DNA from: SAR202 cluster bacterium
GTDB lineage: Bacteria > Chloroflexota > Dehalococcoidia > Lucifugimonadales > UBA3495
Direction of reading: 5' to 3'
Assembly (NCBI GenBank): GCA_013204585.1
Contig: JABMNL010000035.1
Coordinates: forward strand, 10,803-74,802
DNA length: 64,000 nucleotides
Positions 1 to 9,634 of this stretch are shown one piece after another. The notes below the pieces were generated by a model. The model was not told where the DNA came from, made no database searches, and worked only from the letters and a program-made list of their open reading frames with translations. Position 1 is the stretch's first letter, and each line of letters begins with the position of its first letter. Made by a program: the position numbers and the translations under genes.

Positions 1-272
1 CAGTTTAGCACAGGGTAGGCTTCAACAAGCCTGCTGACACTTGATTCCCACTCATGAAAAATAGTCCAGGTCCTCGAATCAACATATGAAAGTGTCTGGT
101 ATCACTCATTGCTGTACTGAATAGGGGACGACACTGCACAATCTCTAATGTCAGAATTCGGCGTCTTGGGGATATTGGCACTGTTTCGGGGAAATACGAA
201 GTTGCAAAAAAACTCGGCACCCCGCCGGTCAATCCGAAGTAGGCCAACGCCCCCCGAAGAACTATCTCGCTG

Positions 273-1001
273 TTACCGCCGGATAATCAGTAAGGAAAAG
301 TAGTCCAAGTCTTCCGCAGCTAATTTGGAAATGTCTTCCACTACGCTTTCCCCGGCCGTACTGGCCTGGCGAATATAGGTGGCCTTGCCAGCTAGGCCGA
401 GACTCTCAAGGTTGGCTAAGGCCTCTAGTAGATCGCGGTCAACTTCCATCAACACAGTGGTGTCTGAGTTGGTGATGGCCTCGCGCAGATGGTCGATTCC
501 GTAGACCTTGGGTAAGATGGTCAGCCGTTGGCCGTGGGTGACCAAAGGCATTCCCGTACTGGCGGCCGCTGCCATCACCGACGAGACGCCGGGCACAACC
601 TCAACGTCCACGTTTGGCACCACCGATTTAACGCTCTCCAACACATTGAAGAACTCACTGTAGAGCATGGGGTCGCCCTCGGTGATGAATGCAACGTCTT
701 TGCCTTGGCCCAAGTGAACCGCGATGTCCTTGGCAGCATCACTCCAGGTATCTGGGCTAACCGGCGTATTGTCATCTGACGGAATGGTGATGGCCAGAAA
801 CTCCGGTTTTGCCGCCTCCAACACTCCCCGCACCACACCAAGCGCATAACTCTCTTTACCGTCATCCAATTGGGTGAAGCAGATGACCGCAACACTCTGT
901 AGCATTCGTTGGGCCTTAATGGTTAATAGTTCTGGGTCGCCGGGCCCGACGCCGATGCCGTAGAGGCTACCGTGTTTGTTATTTCCGCCACTAGTTGTCA
1001 T
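273..1001 (-). CDS. cobI: Precorrin-2 C20-methyltransferase (CobI/CbiL)
   Basis: GSLYGIGVGPGDPELLTIKA N-terminus and FITEGDPMLYS, VVPGVSS tetrapyrrole methylase motifs. ATG at 1001 is preferred over the TTG at 1010. Confidence 0.85.
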   Translation of the reverse strand: MTTSGGNNKHGSLYGIGVGPGDPELLTIKAQRMLQSVAVICFTQLDDGKESYALGVVRGVLEAAKPEFLAITIPSDDNTPVSPDTWSDAAKDIAVHLGQGKDVAFITEGDPMLYSEFFNVLESVKSVVPNVDVEVVPGVSSVMAAAASTGMPLVTHGQRLTILPKVYGIDHLREAITNSDTTVLMEVDRDLLEALANLESLGLAGKATYIRQASTAGESVVEDISKLAAEDLDYFSLLIIRR

Positions 1002-1043
1002 TAAATTCAAACCTAAACTACGCGTTTCGCAGCAAATACCAAA

Positions 1044-1173
1044 TTAGTTCTGCTGGGCCATTACCCAGCCATAGATATGCATGGTAGCAAAACAATCGTC
1101 TTTTATTAGATTAGTTCTGCTGAGCCATAACCCAGTCATAGATATGCATGGTAGCAAAACAATCGTCTTTATT
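1044..1173 (-). repeat. Imperfect tandem duplication (period 67 bp) of the last ~63 nt of the TM0106-like gene
   Basis: 1044-1107 versus 1111-1173 differ by 3 substitutions and a 1-nt indel. Both copies include the TAA stop. Confidence 0.95.
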
Positions 1174-2601
1174 GTAGAGAACAATCTTGTCCTTGGCGGT
1201 CTGATTCGACCCACCGGACTCCACATAGTTCATGTAGAGCGTCATTGAACCGACACCCGTGACATCGTCTTGACTCCAACTGAAGCCCAACGACTTTGCG
1301 ATGGCTTTCAACCCTTCCCCGTATGCAGGAAAGGCATATCCTTTGGTGGCCCAGGGCGACAGGTCTTCCATACGGTCCAACACTCCCTCCGCCAACTCTC
1401 GGTCGACGCCGTATCGTTCGACCATTTTGTTGAGATGGGTGCGTTCGTAGTGGTGCCAATGATAGAAGACCGGGTCTTCCAACGAGTTGGCCCACGCCAA
1501 GAATTCTTTCAAGTTTTCGTCTTCCCGGTCAAAAGACTCAGCGAAGAATGGAATGTACTTGGCCTCGCTACCGGGGCTGCGGTAGACCGCGCCAATTAGG
1601 TAATTAACCAACTCCAAGCCGTCAATTTCTTCGCCTTCCGGAGCGCCTTCGAAATCGAAGAAAACCTCGGTTTTCCCACGGCGTAATTCTGCCAATTCCT
1701 CGCGCCGCAACGGTTTTTTCCCCAGTATGGCCTGAGCCGACACCACCATTTTTGTAGCCGTGGTTGGTCCGACGCGTTTAACACTGACCAGTTCTGTCTC
1801 GTTTGCCTTAGCGATGCTTTCCAATGTCGCAAACCCAGCTTCTACTAGGTTGCTACGGGTAGCCGCGCCGACACCCGATAACAAAGACACGTCGTTGGCT
1901 GCGACGGCGAGGCTGTCCACATAGGAGGTCCAAGGCCATTTGGCCGCACCGTGGCAGGGGTCTACTCCCTTGCCGAGCATGATTTCCCTAACCTCGGCCA
2001 GCACTTGGTCCAGTCGCTCTTCAAAGTCTGCCATAGCCACCGGAGTGATCTCCAAGTCCCGATTAATCATATGGAACTCGGGCGGTTCGTATTCCTGGAT
2101 CATTCCCAGTACTCGGTTGTATAGCGCTGCCTGTAGTATCTGAGACTCCCGCAATTTCCGGGAGGATTTAACCTCGATGACGCGGTAACTGAAATCGCCA
2201 AAAACCGACGGCACACCATCCACTCGCTCAAGAACATCGGGGCGTCCAGTGAGACCATGGGGCCAACACAGCAGGGGCATATCTTTTAGGTATTCCCCAC
2301 CCTCGGTCATCACTTCCAAAGTGCGGCGAAAACCTATTCGATCATCGATGTGGAATTCTTGAATGCCGCCGGGGTACATCTGTTCGTTGACCCGTTCTTG
2401 ATGAATTTTGCCAACGTCGAAGATGTACTGCTGATGGTCATTCATCGGGTCTTGCTCGCCTGGAGGGGCGTGAAGGCTGCACCAAAAGGTGATGGGCGAG
2501 TCGAGGTATTCGCCAACCCAAGTGGCCCTTACGGCGCCACTACGGCTGCCACTGGTGAACTGACGAAAGATTGCTTCTATTTTCATTTCCGCACCGTTCA
2601 T
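1111..2601 (-). CDS. TM0106-family RecB-like putative nuclease (PD-(D/E)xK + HhH + RNase H-like domain)
   Basis: GRPDVL...YRVIEVKSS nuclease motif, HhH-like LLSGVGAATRSNL and VKRVGPTTA, C-terminal FFDFEG...YHWHHYE...YNKDDCFAT. Start taken as ATG 2601 (2586 is the alternative). Confidence 0.8.
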   Translation of the reverse strand: MNGAEMKIEAIFRQFTSGSRSGAVRATWVGEYLDSPITFWCSLHAPPGEQDPMNDHQQYIFDVGKIHQERVNEQMYPGGIQEFHIDDRIGFRRTLEVMTEGGEYLKDMPLLCWPHGLTGRPDVLERVDGVPSVFGDFSYRVIEVKSSRKLRESQILQAALYNRVLGMIQEYEPPEFHMINRDLEITPVAMADFEERLDQVLAEVREIMLGKGVDPCHGAAKWPWTSYVDSLAVAANDVSLLSGVGAATRSNLVEAGFATLESIAKANETELVSVKRVGPTTATKMVVSAQAILGKKPLRREELAELRRGKTEVFFDFEGAPEGEEIDGLELVNYLIGAVYRSPGSEAKYIPFFAESFDREDENLKEFLAWANSLEDPVFYHWHHYERTHLNKMVERYGVDRELAEGVLDRMEDLSPWATKGYAFPAYGEGLKAIAKSLGFSWSQDDVTGVGSMTLYMNYVESGGSNQTAKDKIVLYNKDDCFATMHIYDWVMAQQN

Positions 2602-2629
2602 AACCGCACCGACCCACCCTCGATTAACC

Positions 2630-2654
2630 ACTGGTAACAACTGGTAACAACTGG
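2630..2654. repeat. 10-bp tandem repeat (actggtaaca x2.5)
   Basis: actggtaaca-actggtaaca-actgg read directly, between the leuS stop and the nuclease start. Confidence 0.85.
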
Positions 2655-2676
2655 CTGCGAAAACCCAGGCGCTAGA

Positions 2677-5154
2677 CTAGCTAAGCACCACGTTGACCAA
2701 GCGGCCAGGAACGTAGATTATTTTGGCCACCGACTTGTCCTCAATAAAGCTCTGTATCTTGGGGCTGGACAAGGCCAACTCCTTGGCTTCGGCCTCCTCA
2801 ATCCCCGCCGAGACCTCAATCTTGTCCCGCACCTTGCCGTTGACCTGCACCACAAGGGTGACAATGTCTTCGGCCGTCAGAACCTCGTCCCAACTGGGAA
2901 ACGACTGCTGATGGATGCTATAGGGATGACCGTTCATCTCCCAAAGCTCTTCGGTCATGTGTGGCGCTATGGGAGCGAGCATCAACAACAACTTCTCGGT
3001 GCATTCGCGCCATGTCTTCACATCAACGCTGCGATCGGCCCAGACCTTGTTCAGATGGTTGGTCAACTCCATCAGCGAGGCGATGGCGGTATTGAATTTG
3101 AACCGGTCCAAGTCGTTGTAGCACTTACGAATCGTTTGATGCAGCAGCCGATTGGTATCCCGAACTGCACCTTCATCATTTAGGCTGCCAGCCAATGAAC
3201 TTGAATCGCGGGCCGCAATATCCCAGACCCGGTTAAGCCAGCGGGCGGTGCCATTAATATTGTCGTCGCTCCAGGGGCCGCCCTGATCCCAAGGGCCGAT
3301 GAACATCAGGAAACAACGCACCGCGTCTGCGCCCAATTGGCCCACAACATCGTCTGGGTTCACCACGTTGCCCCGACTCTTGCTCATCTTTTCGTGGTCT
3401 TCGCCCAAGATTACGCCCTGGTTGAAGAGCCGAAGGAATGGCTCGTCGTAGTCCACCACGCCCATGTCATGCAAACTCTTGGTGAAAAAGCGGGAGTAGA
3501 GCAGGTGCATTACCGCGTGCTCGGCACCGCCGGTGTACTGGTCAACGGCCATCCAATGCCTGAGTAGCTTGGGGTCGGCCGGGCCGTCAGTGTAATGAGG
3601 GTTCAAGTAACGCATCATGTACCAAGACGAGTCCATAAATGTGTCCATGGTGTCGGTCTCGCGGCGGGCGTCCGTACCGCATTTGGGACACTTGGTATTA
3701 ACGAAGTCATGGTTGGCCGCCAGTGGAGACTCGCCAGTCGGCCTAAAGTCTGCATCTTGGGGCAACAATACCGGCAGGTCGGACTCGGGCACGGGCACAA
3801 TTCCACAGGCATCGCAGTAGACCATGGGAATGGGTGTGCCCCAGTACCGCTGCCTGGAAATCAGCCAATCCCTGATGCGGAACGATATGGTCCGCTTGCC
3901 CCAGCCCTTTTTCTCTAGGTCGTCGGCAATGGCCGATTTGCCCTCCACGTTGGTCATGCCGTCGTAGGGGCCGGAGTTCGTCATAAAGCCTTCGCCCAAA
4001 TAGGCGTCGGACAGCTCTTTCCCGTCCCACTCAATGGGGGCAACTACAACGCGAATGGACAATTTGTACTTCTGGGCGAACACGAAGTCCCTGGAATCGT
4101 GGGCCGGAACGCCCATCACGGCCCCGGTGCCATAGGTTGTCAGCACGTAGTCGCCGATATAGACCGGTACACGTTCGCCGTTCAATCGGTTCACCGCGTA
4201 ACTGCCAGTGAACACCCCAGTCTTTTCCTTATCGGTGGACAGCCGGTCAATTTCCGTCGCCTGGCGCGCGTCGCTGATGTAGTCGTCAACCGCTTGCTGA
4301 TTCTCAGGGGTCGTCAATTGGGGGACCAACGAGTGCTCGGGGGCCAACACGATAAACGTCACACCGAATATTGTGTCGATGCGGGTGGTGAAGGTGCGTA
4401 TCTCTTTGGCGTCGAGACTCGCCTCGGAAATATCGAAGGCTATCTCCACGCCCTCACTACGCCCAATCCAGTTGGTCTGCATAGTGAGGATTTTTTCTGG
4501 CCATTCTTCAAGGCCGCTGAAATCCAGCAGCCGGTCGGCGTAGTCGGTAATCTTGAAGAACCATTGCTCCAAATCACGGCGGGTAATCTCGGAATCACAA
4601 CGTTCGCAAGCCCCGTTCAGCACTTGCTCGTTGGCCAGCACAGTTTGACACGACGGGCACCAGACCACTGGCGCTTTGGCCCGGTAGGCCAAGCCCTTTT
4701 CAAAGAACTTTAGAAAGAACCATTGGTTCCATTGGTAATACTCGGGTAGGCAGCAGACTACTTCACGGTCCCAGTCGTAGATTGCGCCAAGAGAACGCAA
4801 CTGCCGTCGCATGTTTTCGATATTGCTGATGGTCCACTCGTATGGGTGGATACCACGGCTGATAGCGGCGTTCTCGGCAGGCAAGCCAAAGGCATCGAAA
4901 CCGATGGGATGGAGTACGTTATAGCCCTGCATTCTGCGGAAACGGGCGTGGCAGTCTGCCGGGGCCATAGCATACCAGTGGCCGATGTGGAGGTCGCCCG
5001 AGGGGTACGGGTACATGGTCATCTCGTACCACTTGGGGCGGGGGTCGTCGTCCGAGACTTTGTGCAGGCCGTCTTTTTCCCAACGTGCCTGCCATTTGGT
5101 GTCGATTGCAATGGGATCGAATGCTAGTTCGACCTGCCGGTGGCTCCTCGCCAT
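2677..5154 (-). CDS. leuS: Leucine--tRNA ligase
   Basis: PYPSGDLHIGH (HIGH), KMSKS, DWLISRQRYWG and VVQVNGKVR motifs. GAGGTGA SD upstream. Confidence 0.98.
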   Translation of the reverse strand: MARSHRQVELAFDPIAIDTKWQARWEKDGLHKVSDDDPRPKWYEMTMYPYPSGDLHIGHWYAMAPADCHARFRRMQGYNVLHPIGFDAFGLPAENAAISRGIHPYEWTISNIENMRRQLRSLGAIYDWDREVVCCLPEYYQWNQWFFLKFFEKGLAYRAKAPVVWCPSCQTVLANEQVLNGACERCDSEITRRDLEQWFFKITDYADRLLDFSGLEEWPEKILTMQTNWIGRSEGVEIAFDISEASLDAKEIRTFTTRIDTIFGVTFIVLAPEHSLVPQLTTPENQQAVDDYISDARQATEIDRLSTDKEKTGVFTGSYAVNRLNGERVPVYIGDYVLTTYGTGAVMGVPAHDSRDFVFAQKYKLSIRVVVAPIEWDGKELSDAYLGEGFMTNSGPYDGMTNVEGKSAIADDLEKKGWGKRTISFRIRDWLISRQRYWGTPIPMVYCDACGIVPVPESDLPVLLPQDADFRPTGESPLAANHDFVNTKCPKCGTDARRETDTMDTFMDSSWYMMRYLNPHYTDGPADPKLLRHWMAVDQYTGGAEHAVMHLLYSRFFTKSLHDMGVVDYDEPFLRLFNQGVILGEDHEKMSKSRGNVVNPDDVVGQLGADAVRCFLMFIGPWDQGGPWSDDNINGTARWLNRVWDIAARDSSSLAGSLNDEGAVRDTNRLLHQTIRKCYNDLDRFKFNTAIASLMELTNHLNKVWADRSVDVKTWRECTEKLLLMLAPIAPHMTEELWEMNGHPYSIHQQSFPSWDEVLTAEDIVTLVVQVNGKVRDKIEVSAGIEEAEAKELALSSPKIQSFIEDKSVAKIIYVPGRLVNVVLS

Positions 5155-5212
5155 CTATTGTCACCTCAAGACCGGGGCGCTGGCAGACTCTTATCTAAAG
5201 CCAGCTATACTT

Positions 5213-5278
5213 GCGCCAATTATCTTAGCCTGCGGACCATCGTCCGGAACCAAGTGTGTGCGCGCCAATTATCTTAGC
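5213..5278 (-). repeat. 17-bp direct repeat gcgccaattatcttagc upstream of leuS, containing a TAAGAT -10-like hexamer on the minus strand
   Basis: Exact copies at 5213-5229 and 5262-5278. Confidence 0.85.
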
Positions 5279-5352
5279 ATAGAAGCTAGTCTAGTCTCGA
5301 AAACACAGTAGCCGGTACCTACGTTTTCGGCACAAACGAACCACCGTGTTCA

Positions 5353-5381
5353 TTGACACAAGAAAGGGCAAATCCTAGAAT
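5353..5381 (+). promoter_or_regulatory. Sigma70-type promoter for trkH-trkA
   Basis: TTGACA (5353-5358), 17-nt spacer, TAGAAT (5376-5381). Confidence 0.75.
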
Positions 5382-5585
5382 CCAGATTGCCCTATATCTT
5401 CCGTTTGGATAACCGCTTTGGATGATCTTCTTCTCAAGAGGGTCCATTCAAAGTCACTCTCATGACTCTTCCTACGGATTTCTCCGCGTTGTGCAGATGC
5501 CAATAGCTTTTTCATATTTACCCGTTGCCCTTAACCAAGCCTCTCATCAGAGGCTAGATTTTGGGCGTCCTGAATACCAGTAAAC

Positions 5586-7043
5586 ATGGTTTCTAATCGG
5601 CGGCGTAGACCCATTCACAACATTATCCGGCTTAGAAGACGCCGTGAACTGTCACCAACAGTTACCGAATTCGAACCACCCAGGGCACCACGAAAAGTAT
5701 TTGGCACCAACACAATCCTTTTGATTGGGTTTGCCTTATTGATTTTGGGTGGAGGCAGCCTACTTACCCTGCCCGTGGCCCACAACGGTGAAGGCTTCAC
5801 ATCTATGGAGACTGCCTACTTCACCTCTGTATCTGCGGTAACCGTCACCGGCCATACGGTGGTTGACACCAGTACCTACTGGTCCGAGTTCGGCCAGGCG
5901 GTAATTTTTGTCTTGATGTTGGTCGGCGGATTGGGGTTCATGGTAATCAGCACGTTTATATTGTTGTTGATTGGACAGCGCTCGACTCTAGAAGAACGGC
6001 TTTTCTCCCGTGCGCTAATGCGCGACACCGTAGGCGTCGACCAACTGCGGGGATTGCGCCAAATGAGCCGATTAATAATTATCATGGTGTTCCTGCTCTA
6101 CGCCGCAGGAGCAATGATGATATTTTGGCAAATTCACAATATCGACGAATCCGGAACCCTTAAGGCCCTGTGGCACTCTCTCTTCCTATCAGTGGCTTCT
6201 TTCAACAACGCCGGGTTTAACATTATTCCAGAGTTGCCCGGCGGGAGCAGCGTCGCCCGGTTTATCTCCAAGCCCATATTGCTAATGACGATGACGGTGC
6301 TAACAATATTGGGTGGGCTGGGCTGGGTTTTGGTATTAGACGTTTGGCGCAAACGTCGGTTTGCCCGCTTCTCTTTAGAGACCAAACTCGTTCTTGTTAC
6401 TAGCATGTTGCTCTGGGCATCCGGCGCTGGCGTCTTGTATCTTGCCGAATTTGCTAACGCCGAAACCATGGGTGATTTCAGTTGGATGGACAAGATCGTG
6501 GGTGCTGTTTTCCAGTCGGTTAGTGTTCGAACCGCTGGTTTTTCGGTTATTGACTTCGGCCAGGTAAAAGACGTCACGAAATCAACATTTTCTGGGTTGA
6601 TGTTCATCGGCGGAGCTGCAGGTTCGGTGGCCGGAGGCATCAAGGTTGGCACGTTTGCCGTTTTAATGGCGGCGGTGATTTCTTCTCTTAGGGGCCGCGC
6701 GCACGCCGAGGCGTTTGGGCGTGAGATACATCAATCCCAACTACACCGAGCGTTAACCGTCGCGGTCCTTGGTCTGGCGACAATTGCCATTGCGGCAACG
6801 ATGCTAACCACCATGGAACCCACTATTCCATTTCTCGATATTTTATTCGATACAGTATCGGCATTTGCCACCAGCGGTACTTCCACCGGGATACTTCAGG
6901 AAACAGGATCGGGTGCCAAGTACGTCTTTATGGCGTTGATGTGCATCGGCAGGCTGGGGCCGGTGGTTTTAGCCCTCGCTTTAGTCCCTGAAGAAGACAC
7001 GGCTGTGTACCGTTTTGCACAAGAAAGAGTTAGAATAGGCTGA
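5586..7043 (+). CDS. trkH: Trk/Ktr potassium uptake membrane subunit
   Basis: Repeated pore-loop motifs SAVTVTG, ASFNNAGF, SVRTAGF and SAFATSG, and MCIGRLGP. Confidence 0.9.
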   Translation: MVSNRRRRPIHNIIRLRRRRELSPTVTEFEPPRAPRKVFGTNTILLIGFALLILGGGSLLTLPVAHNGEGFTSMETAYFTSVSAVTVTGHTVVDTSTYWSEFGQAVIFVLMLVGGLGFMVISTFILLLIGQRSTLEERLFSRALMRDTVGVDQLRGLRQMSRLIIIMVFLLYAAGAMMIFWQIHNIDESGTLKALWHSLFLSVASFNNAGFNIIPELPGGSSVARFISKPILLMTMTVLTILGGLGWVLVLDVWRKRRFARFSLETKLVLVTSMLLWASGAGVLYLAEFANAETMGDFSWMDKIVGAVFQSVSVRTAGFSVIDFGQVKDVTKSTFSGLMFIGGAAGSVAGGIKVGTFAVLMAAVISSLRGRAHAEAFGREIHQSQLHRALTVAVLGLATIAIAATMLTTMEPTIPFLDILFDTVSAFATSGTSTGILQETGSGAKYVFMALMCIGRLGPVVLALALVPEEDTAVYRFAQERVRIG

Positions 7044-7056
7044 CGAGAGTGATGCA

Positions 7057-7773
7057 TTGAAAAAACAAGTCTGTGTGATTGGACTCGGTCGGTTCGGGTC
7101 TACATTAGCCCAAGAGCTCTACCAGAGCGGTCACGATGTGCTGGCGATTGACGTTGATGAGGCCAAGGTCCAGGACCAACTTGGTAGCGCAACCTACTCC
7201 GTTCGAGCCGACGCCACCAGCGAGTCGATTTTGAAAGAACTCGACGTGGCCGCATACGATGTATGCATCGTGTCTCTAGGCAGTGACAACGTTCAGGCGA
7301 GCATATTGGTCTCCGTGCTTCTAAAAAGCCTGGGAGTCCCATTCATCATCGCCCGTGCCGCCAACGAACTTCACGGTGTCACACTCGAGAGGGTTGGCGT
7401 TGACCGAGTGGTCTACCCCGAAGCCGAGAGCGCCCGACGCACCGCCCACGTTGGTTTCGATACCGGCGTCATTGATTACATGCCAATCGTGCCTGACTTT
7501 GGAATCAGCAAGATCCGCCCCCCCGAAGAAATGCTGGGGCATACCCTCGAGGAAGCCGGACTGGCTGGCTCGACTGACCGTCACGGAATATCCGTGCTAG
7601 CAATTCGCAGAGGCCGCACCTCGTTCCTCCACCCGGCCAAGGACGAAGAAATTAAGGCTGGCGACGTTTTGATTGTAGCCGCCACCAACGAACAATTAGG
7701 CAAGATATCGGATCTAGCTCGCCACTTAGAACCGGCTTCCGCCGACACCCACACTCACCGCAACAGCGCATAA
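7057..7773 (+). CDS. trkA: TrkA/KtrA RCK regulatory subunit
   Basis: VIGLGRFG Rossmann motif and a C-terminal TrkA_C domain. Confidence 0.9.
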   Translation: MKKQVCVIGLGRFGSTLAQELYQSGHDVLAIDVDEAKVQDQLGSATYSVRADATSESILKELDVAAYDVCIVSLGSDNVQASILVSVLLKSLGVPFIIARAANELHGVTLERVGVDRVVYPEAESARRTAHVGFDTGVIDYMPIVPDFGISKIRPPEEMLGHTLEEAGLAGSTDRHGISVLAIRRGRTSFLHPAKDEEIKAGDVLIVAATNEQLGKISDLARHLEPASADTHTHRNSA

Positions 7774-7954
7774 ATTTAAGATGTCCTAATCTTTTATCCC
7801 ACCCACATTCCTCCCGAATCTCCCTTTATGCGTGGCTTGACCCAAATGACCCACAAACGCACACTAGGAGTCGTCTGGAGGACTCGAACCCAGACTGCGC
7901 CCCAAACCCGTAAATCCGGGATTTAGGTGCCGTCATAGATACACAAAAATCTTA

Positions 7955-7983
7955 TTGTGTTGAGTTAACGTTGCCCGTATAAT
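7955..7983 (+). promoter_or_regulatory. Probable sigma70 promoter for the USP-trkA-trkA-pheA unit
   Basis: TTGTGT (7955-7960), 17 nt, TATAAT (7978-7983). Confidence 0.55.
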
Positions 7984-8084
7984 CCGCCACTGACAATTGG
8001 TCACGGTATCTTAGCCGGTGCCCAGACTATCAGCTCGTTTGGTAGTGGCTCATCCTAGTTAGCTCAAACACGCGGTGTATTTAA

Positions 8085-8540
8085 ATGCGATTGGACGCGA
8101 AAAAACTCCTGGTGCCAGTAAACGGCACGGCCTATAGCGAACGGACCTTCCGATGGGCGTGTCAGATGGCGCGGGAGTCCAAAACAGAACTCCACGCGGT
8201 CTACGTGATTGAAGTCCCCCTTGAATTGTCGTTGGAGTCCGAAATCTCCGACGATATTAACCGGGGTGAAGAAATTTTGGCCCGTATTGAAGCCATAGCC
8301 CAAGAAGAGAAATACAAAGGCCTCCAGGCCCGGTTCTTAAGGGCCAGGCAGGCAGGCCCGGCGGTGGTCTTGGAATCCGAAGACCGGTTCATGGACTTGC
8401 TCATCGTAGGTGTGCCTTACGAGCGCCGGTTCGGCTCGTGCACCCTGGGAACCACGGCGTCGTATATCTTCCACAACGCCTCATGCCAGGTGATGTTCTG
8501 GCGGGAACAGGCCCCGTCCCCCATTTTCCCAAGAGACTAA
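8085..8540 (+). CDS. Universal stress protein
   Basis: LLVPVNGT...LHAVYVIE and DLLIVG...LGTTASYIFHNASCQV USP pattern. Confidence 0.88.
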   Translation: MRLDAKKLLVPVNGTAYSERTFRWACQMARESKTELHAVYVIEVPLELSLESEISDDINRGEEILARIEAIAQEEKYKGLQARFLRARQAGPAVVLESEDRFMDLLIVGVPYERRFGSCTLGTTASYIFHNASCQVMFWREQAPSPIFPRD

Positions 8541-8558
8541 ACCCGGAGAGACTAGACC

Positions 8559-8960
8559 ATGCGGGTCTTGATATACGGCTGTAACCGCCTCACGACCAGC
8601 TTGGTGCCCGACCTAACCGGGGAAGGCATCGAAATTACGGTGCTGGGCGCGGAGCGGGACTGCCTCGAAAGTGTGGCCACGCACCCAGGTGTCCGTGTCG
8701 TGCTTACTGCTGAACCCATGATGCAAGACTATCTTCAGGAAGGCGGCATCAACCACTCCGATGTTTTCCTGGCGATGTCCTCAGACGACCACCAAAACAT
8801 ATTGGTCGCCCAGATTGCCAAACACATCTACAACGTCCCCAAAGTGGTCTGCCATCTCGGCAATCCCCAATTACAGGTCCTGTATGCAGCCCTCGGTCTG
8901 GACGTGGTAGGCTACTCTTTTGGCATACTGCAGGATGTCCGTCAGGCCATAGAGGGGTAG
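8559..8960 (+). CDS. Stand-alone TrkA_N (RCK N-terminal) domain protein
   Basis: GGINHSDVFLAMSSDDHQNILVAQIAKHIYNVPKVV is typical of TrkA_N. There is no TrkA_C, and the GxGxxG motif is degenerate (YGCNRL). Confidence 0.75.
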   Translation: MRVLIYGCNRLTTSLVPDLTGEGIEITVLGAERDCLESVATHPGVRVVLTAEPMMQDYLQEGGINHSDVFLAMSSDDHQNILVAQIAKHIYNVPKVVCHLGNPQLQVLYAALGLDVVGYSFGILQDVRQAIEG

Positions 8961-8972
8961 GCGAAACTCCAG

Positions 8973-9632
8973 ATGTACGTAGTAATTGTTGGTTGTAGCG
9001 AGTCGGGTTACCACCTGTCCAAGGCGCTTATCGCCGGTGGGCATGAAGTGGTCGTCATCGAGAAAGACACCAAACGGTTCCAACTTCTCACCGAAGAATT
9101 GGGTAGCGTAGCCCTGCTGGGCGACGGCACCGACGAAGTTACTTTGAAACGCGCCGGGGTCTCCCGGGCCGACGTGGTCGTGAGCCTGACCGGGATAGAC
9201 GCTACCAACCTCGTAATTTCTCAGATGACCAAGCATATCTTCAAGGTTCCCCGGACCATGGCGCTCATCAAGGACCCCAAGAACGAACCCATTTTCCACG
9301 AAGTCGGCGTCGATTTGGTGGTGAACTCCACTCACTTAGCGTTGGCCAGCCTGGAAGAAGGCGTGCCAGGGCGTCCTTTGGTGCACCTGATGAACTTGCG
9401 AGTGCCCGGAATGGAGTTGGTGAGCGTTTCCATTCCGGCTGACTCCAACATCGTCGGCAAGCGCCTCAGTGAGATTGAGCTTCCGCCCAACAGCTTCATA
9501 TCACTGATGATTAAGAAAAGTGGCGCAACGTTGCCCACCGGGCGTTCTGTGGTGGAGGCTGAAGATGAGCTGGTAGCGGTAACTCCGGCCGGCGATGAAC
9601 AGATTCTCTACGACATCTTAACCGGAGTCTAG
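8973..9632 (+). CDS. TrkA-family potassium uptake protein
   Basis: GDGTDEVTLKRAGVSRADVVV and a TrkA_C domain. Confidence 0.85.
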   Translation: MYVVIVGCSESGYHLSKALIAGGHEVVVIEKDTKRFQLLTEELGSVALLGDGTDEVTLKRAGVSRADVVVSLTGIDATNLVISQMTKHIFKVPRTMALIKDPKNEPIFHEVGVDLVVNSTHLALASLEEGVPGRPLVHLMNLRVPGMELVSVSIPADSNIVGKRLSEIELPPNSFISLMIKKSGATLPTGRSVVEAEDELVAVTPAGDEQILYDILTGV

Positions 9633-9634
9633 TC

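Noticed and set aside
5-247. 80-aa minus-strand ORF downstream of cobI
   Set aside because: No recognisable motif or SD, and it crosses a weak terminator-like hairpin with a U7 run. Probably intergenic.
1044-1226. 60-aa ORF ending like the TM0106 protein
   Set aside because: A by-product of the 3'-end duplication, not an independent gene.
5388-5585. c-di-AMP (ydaO) riboswitch upstream of trkH, or a T-box upstream of leuS
   Set aside because: The conserved sequence motifs of these families were not found by eye.
7866-7900. Minus-strand GGGTTCGAGTCC resembling a tRNA T-loop
   Set aside because: The T-stem does not pair over 5 bp, and there is no acceptor-stem partner, D/anticodon arm or CCA. 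It is just a gtctgg/ccagac hairpin.
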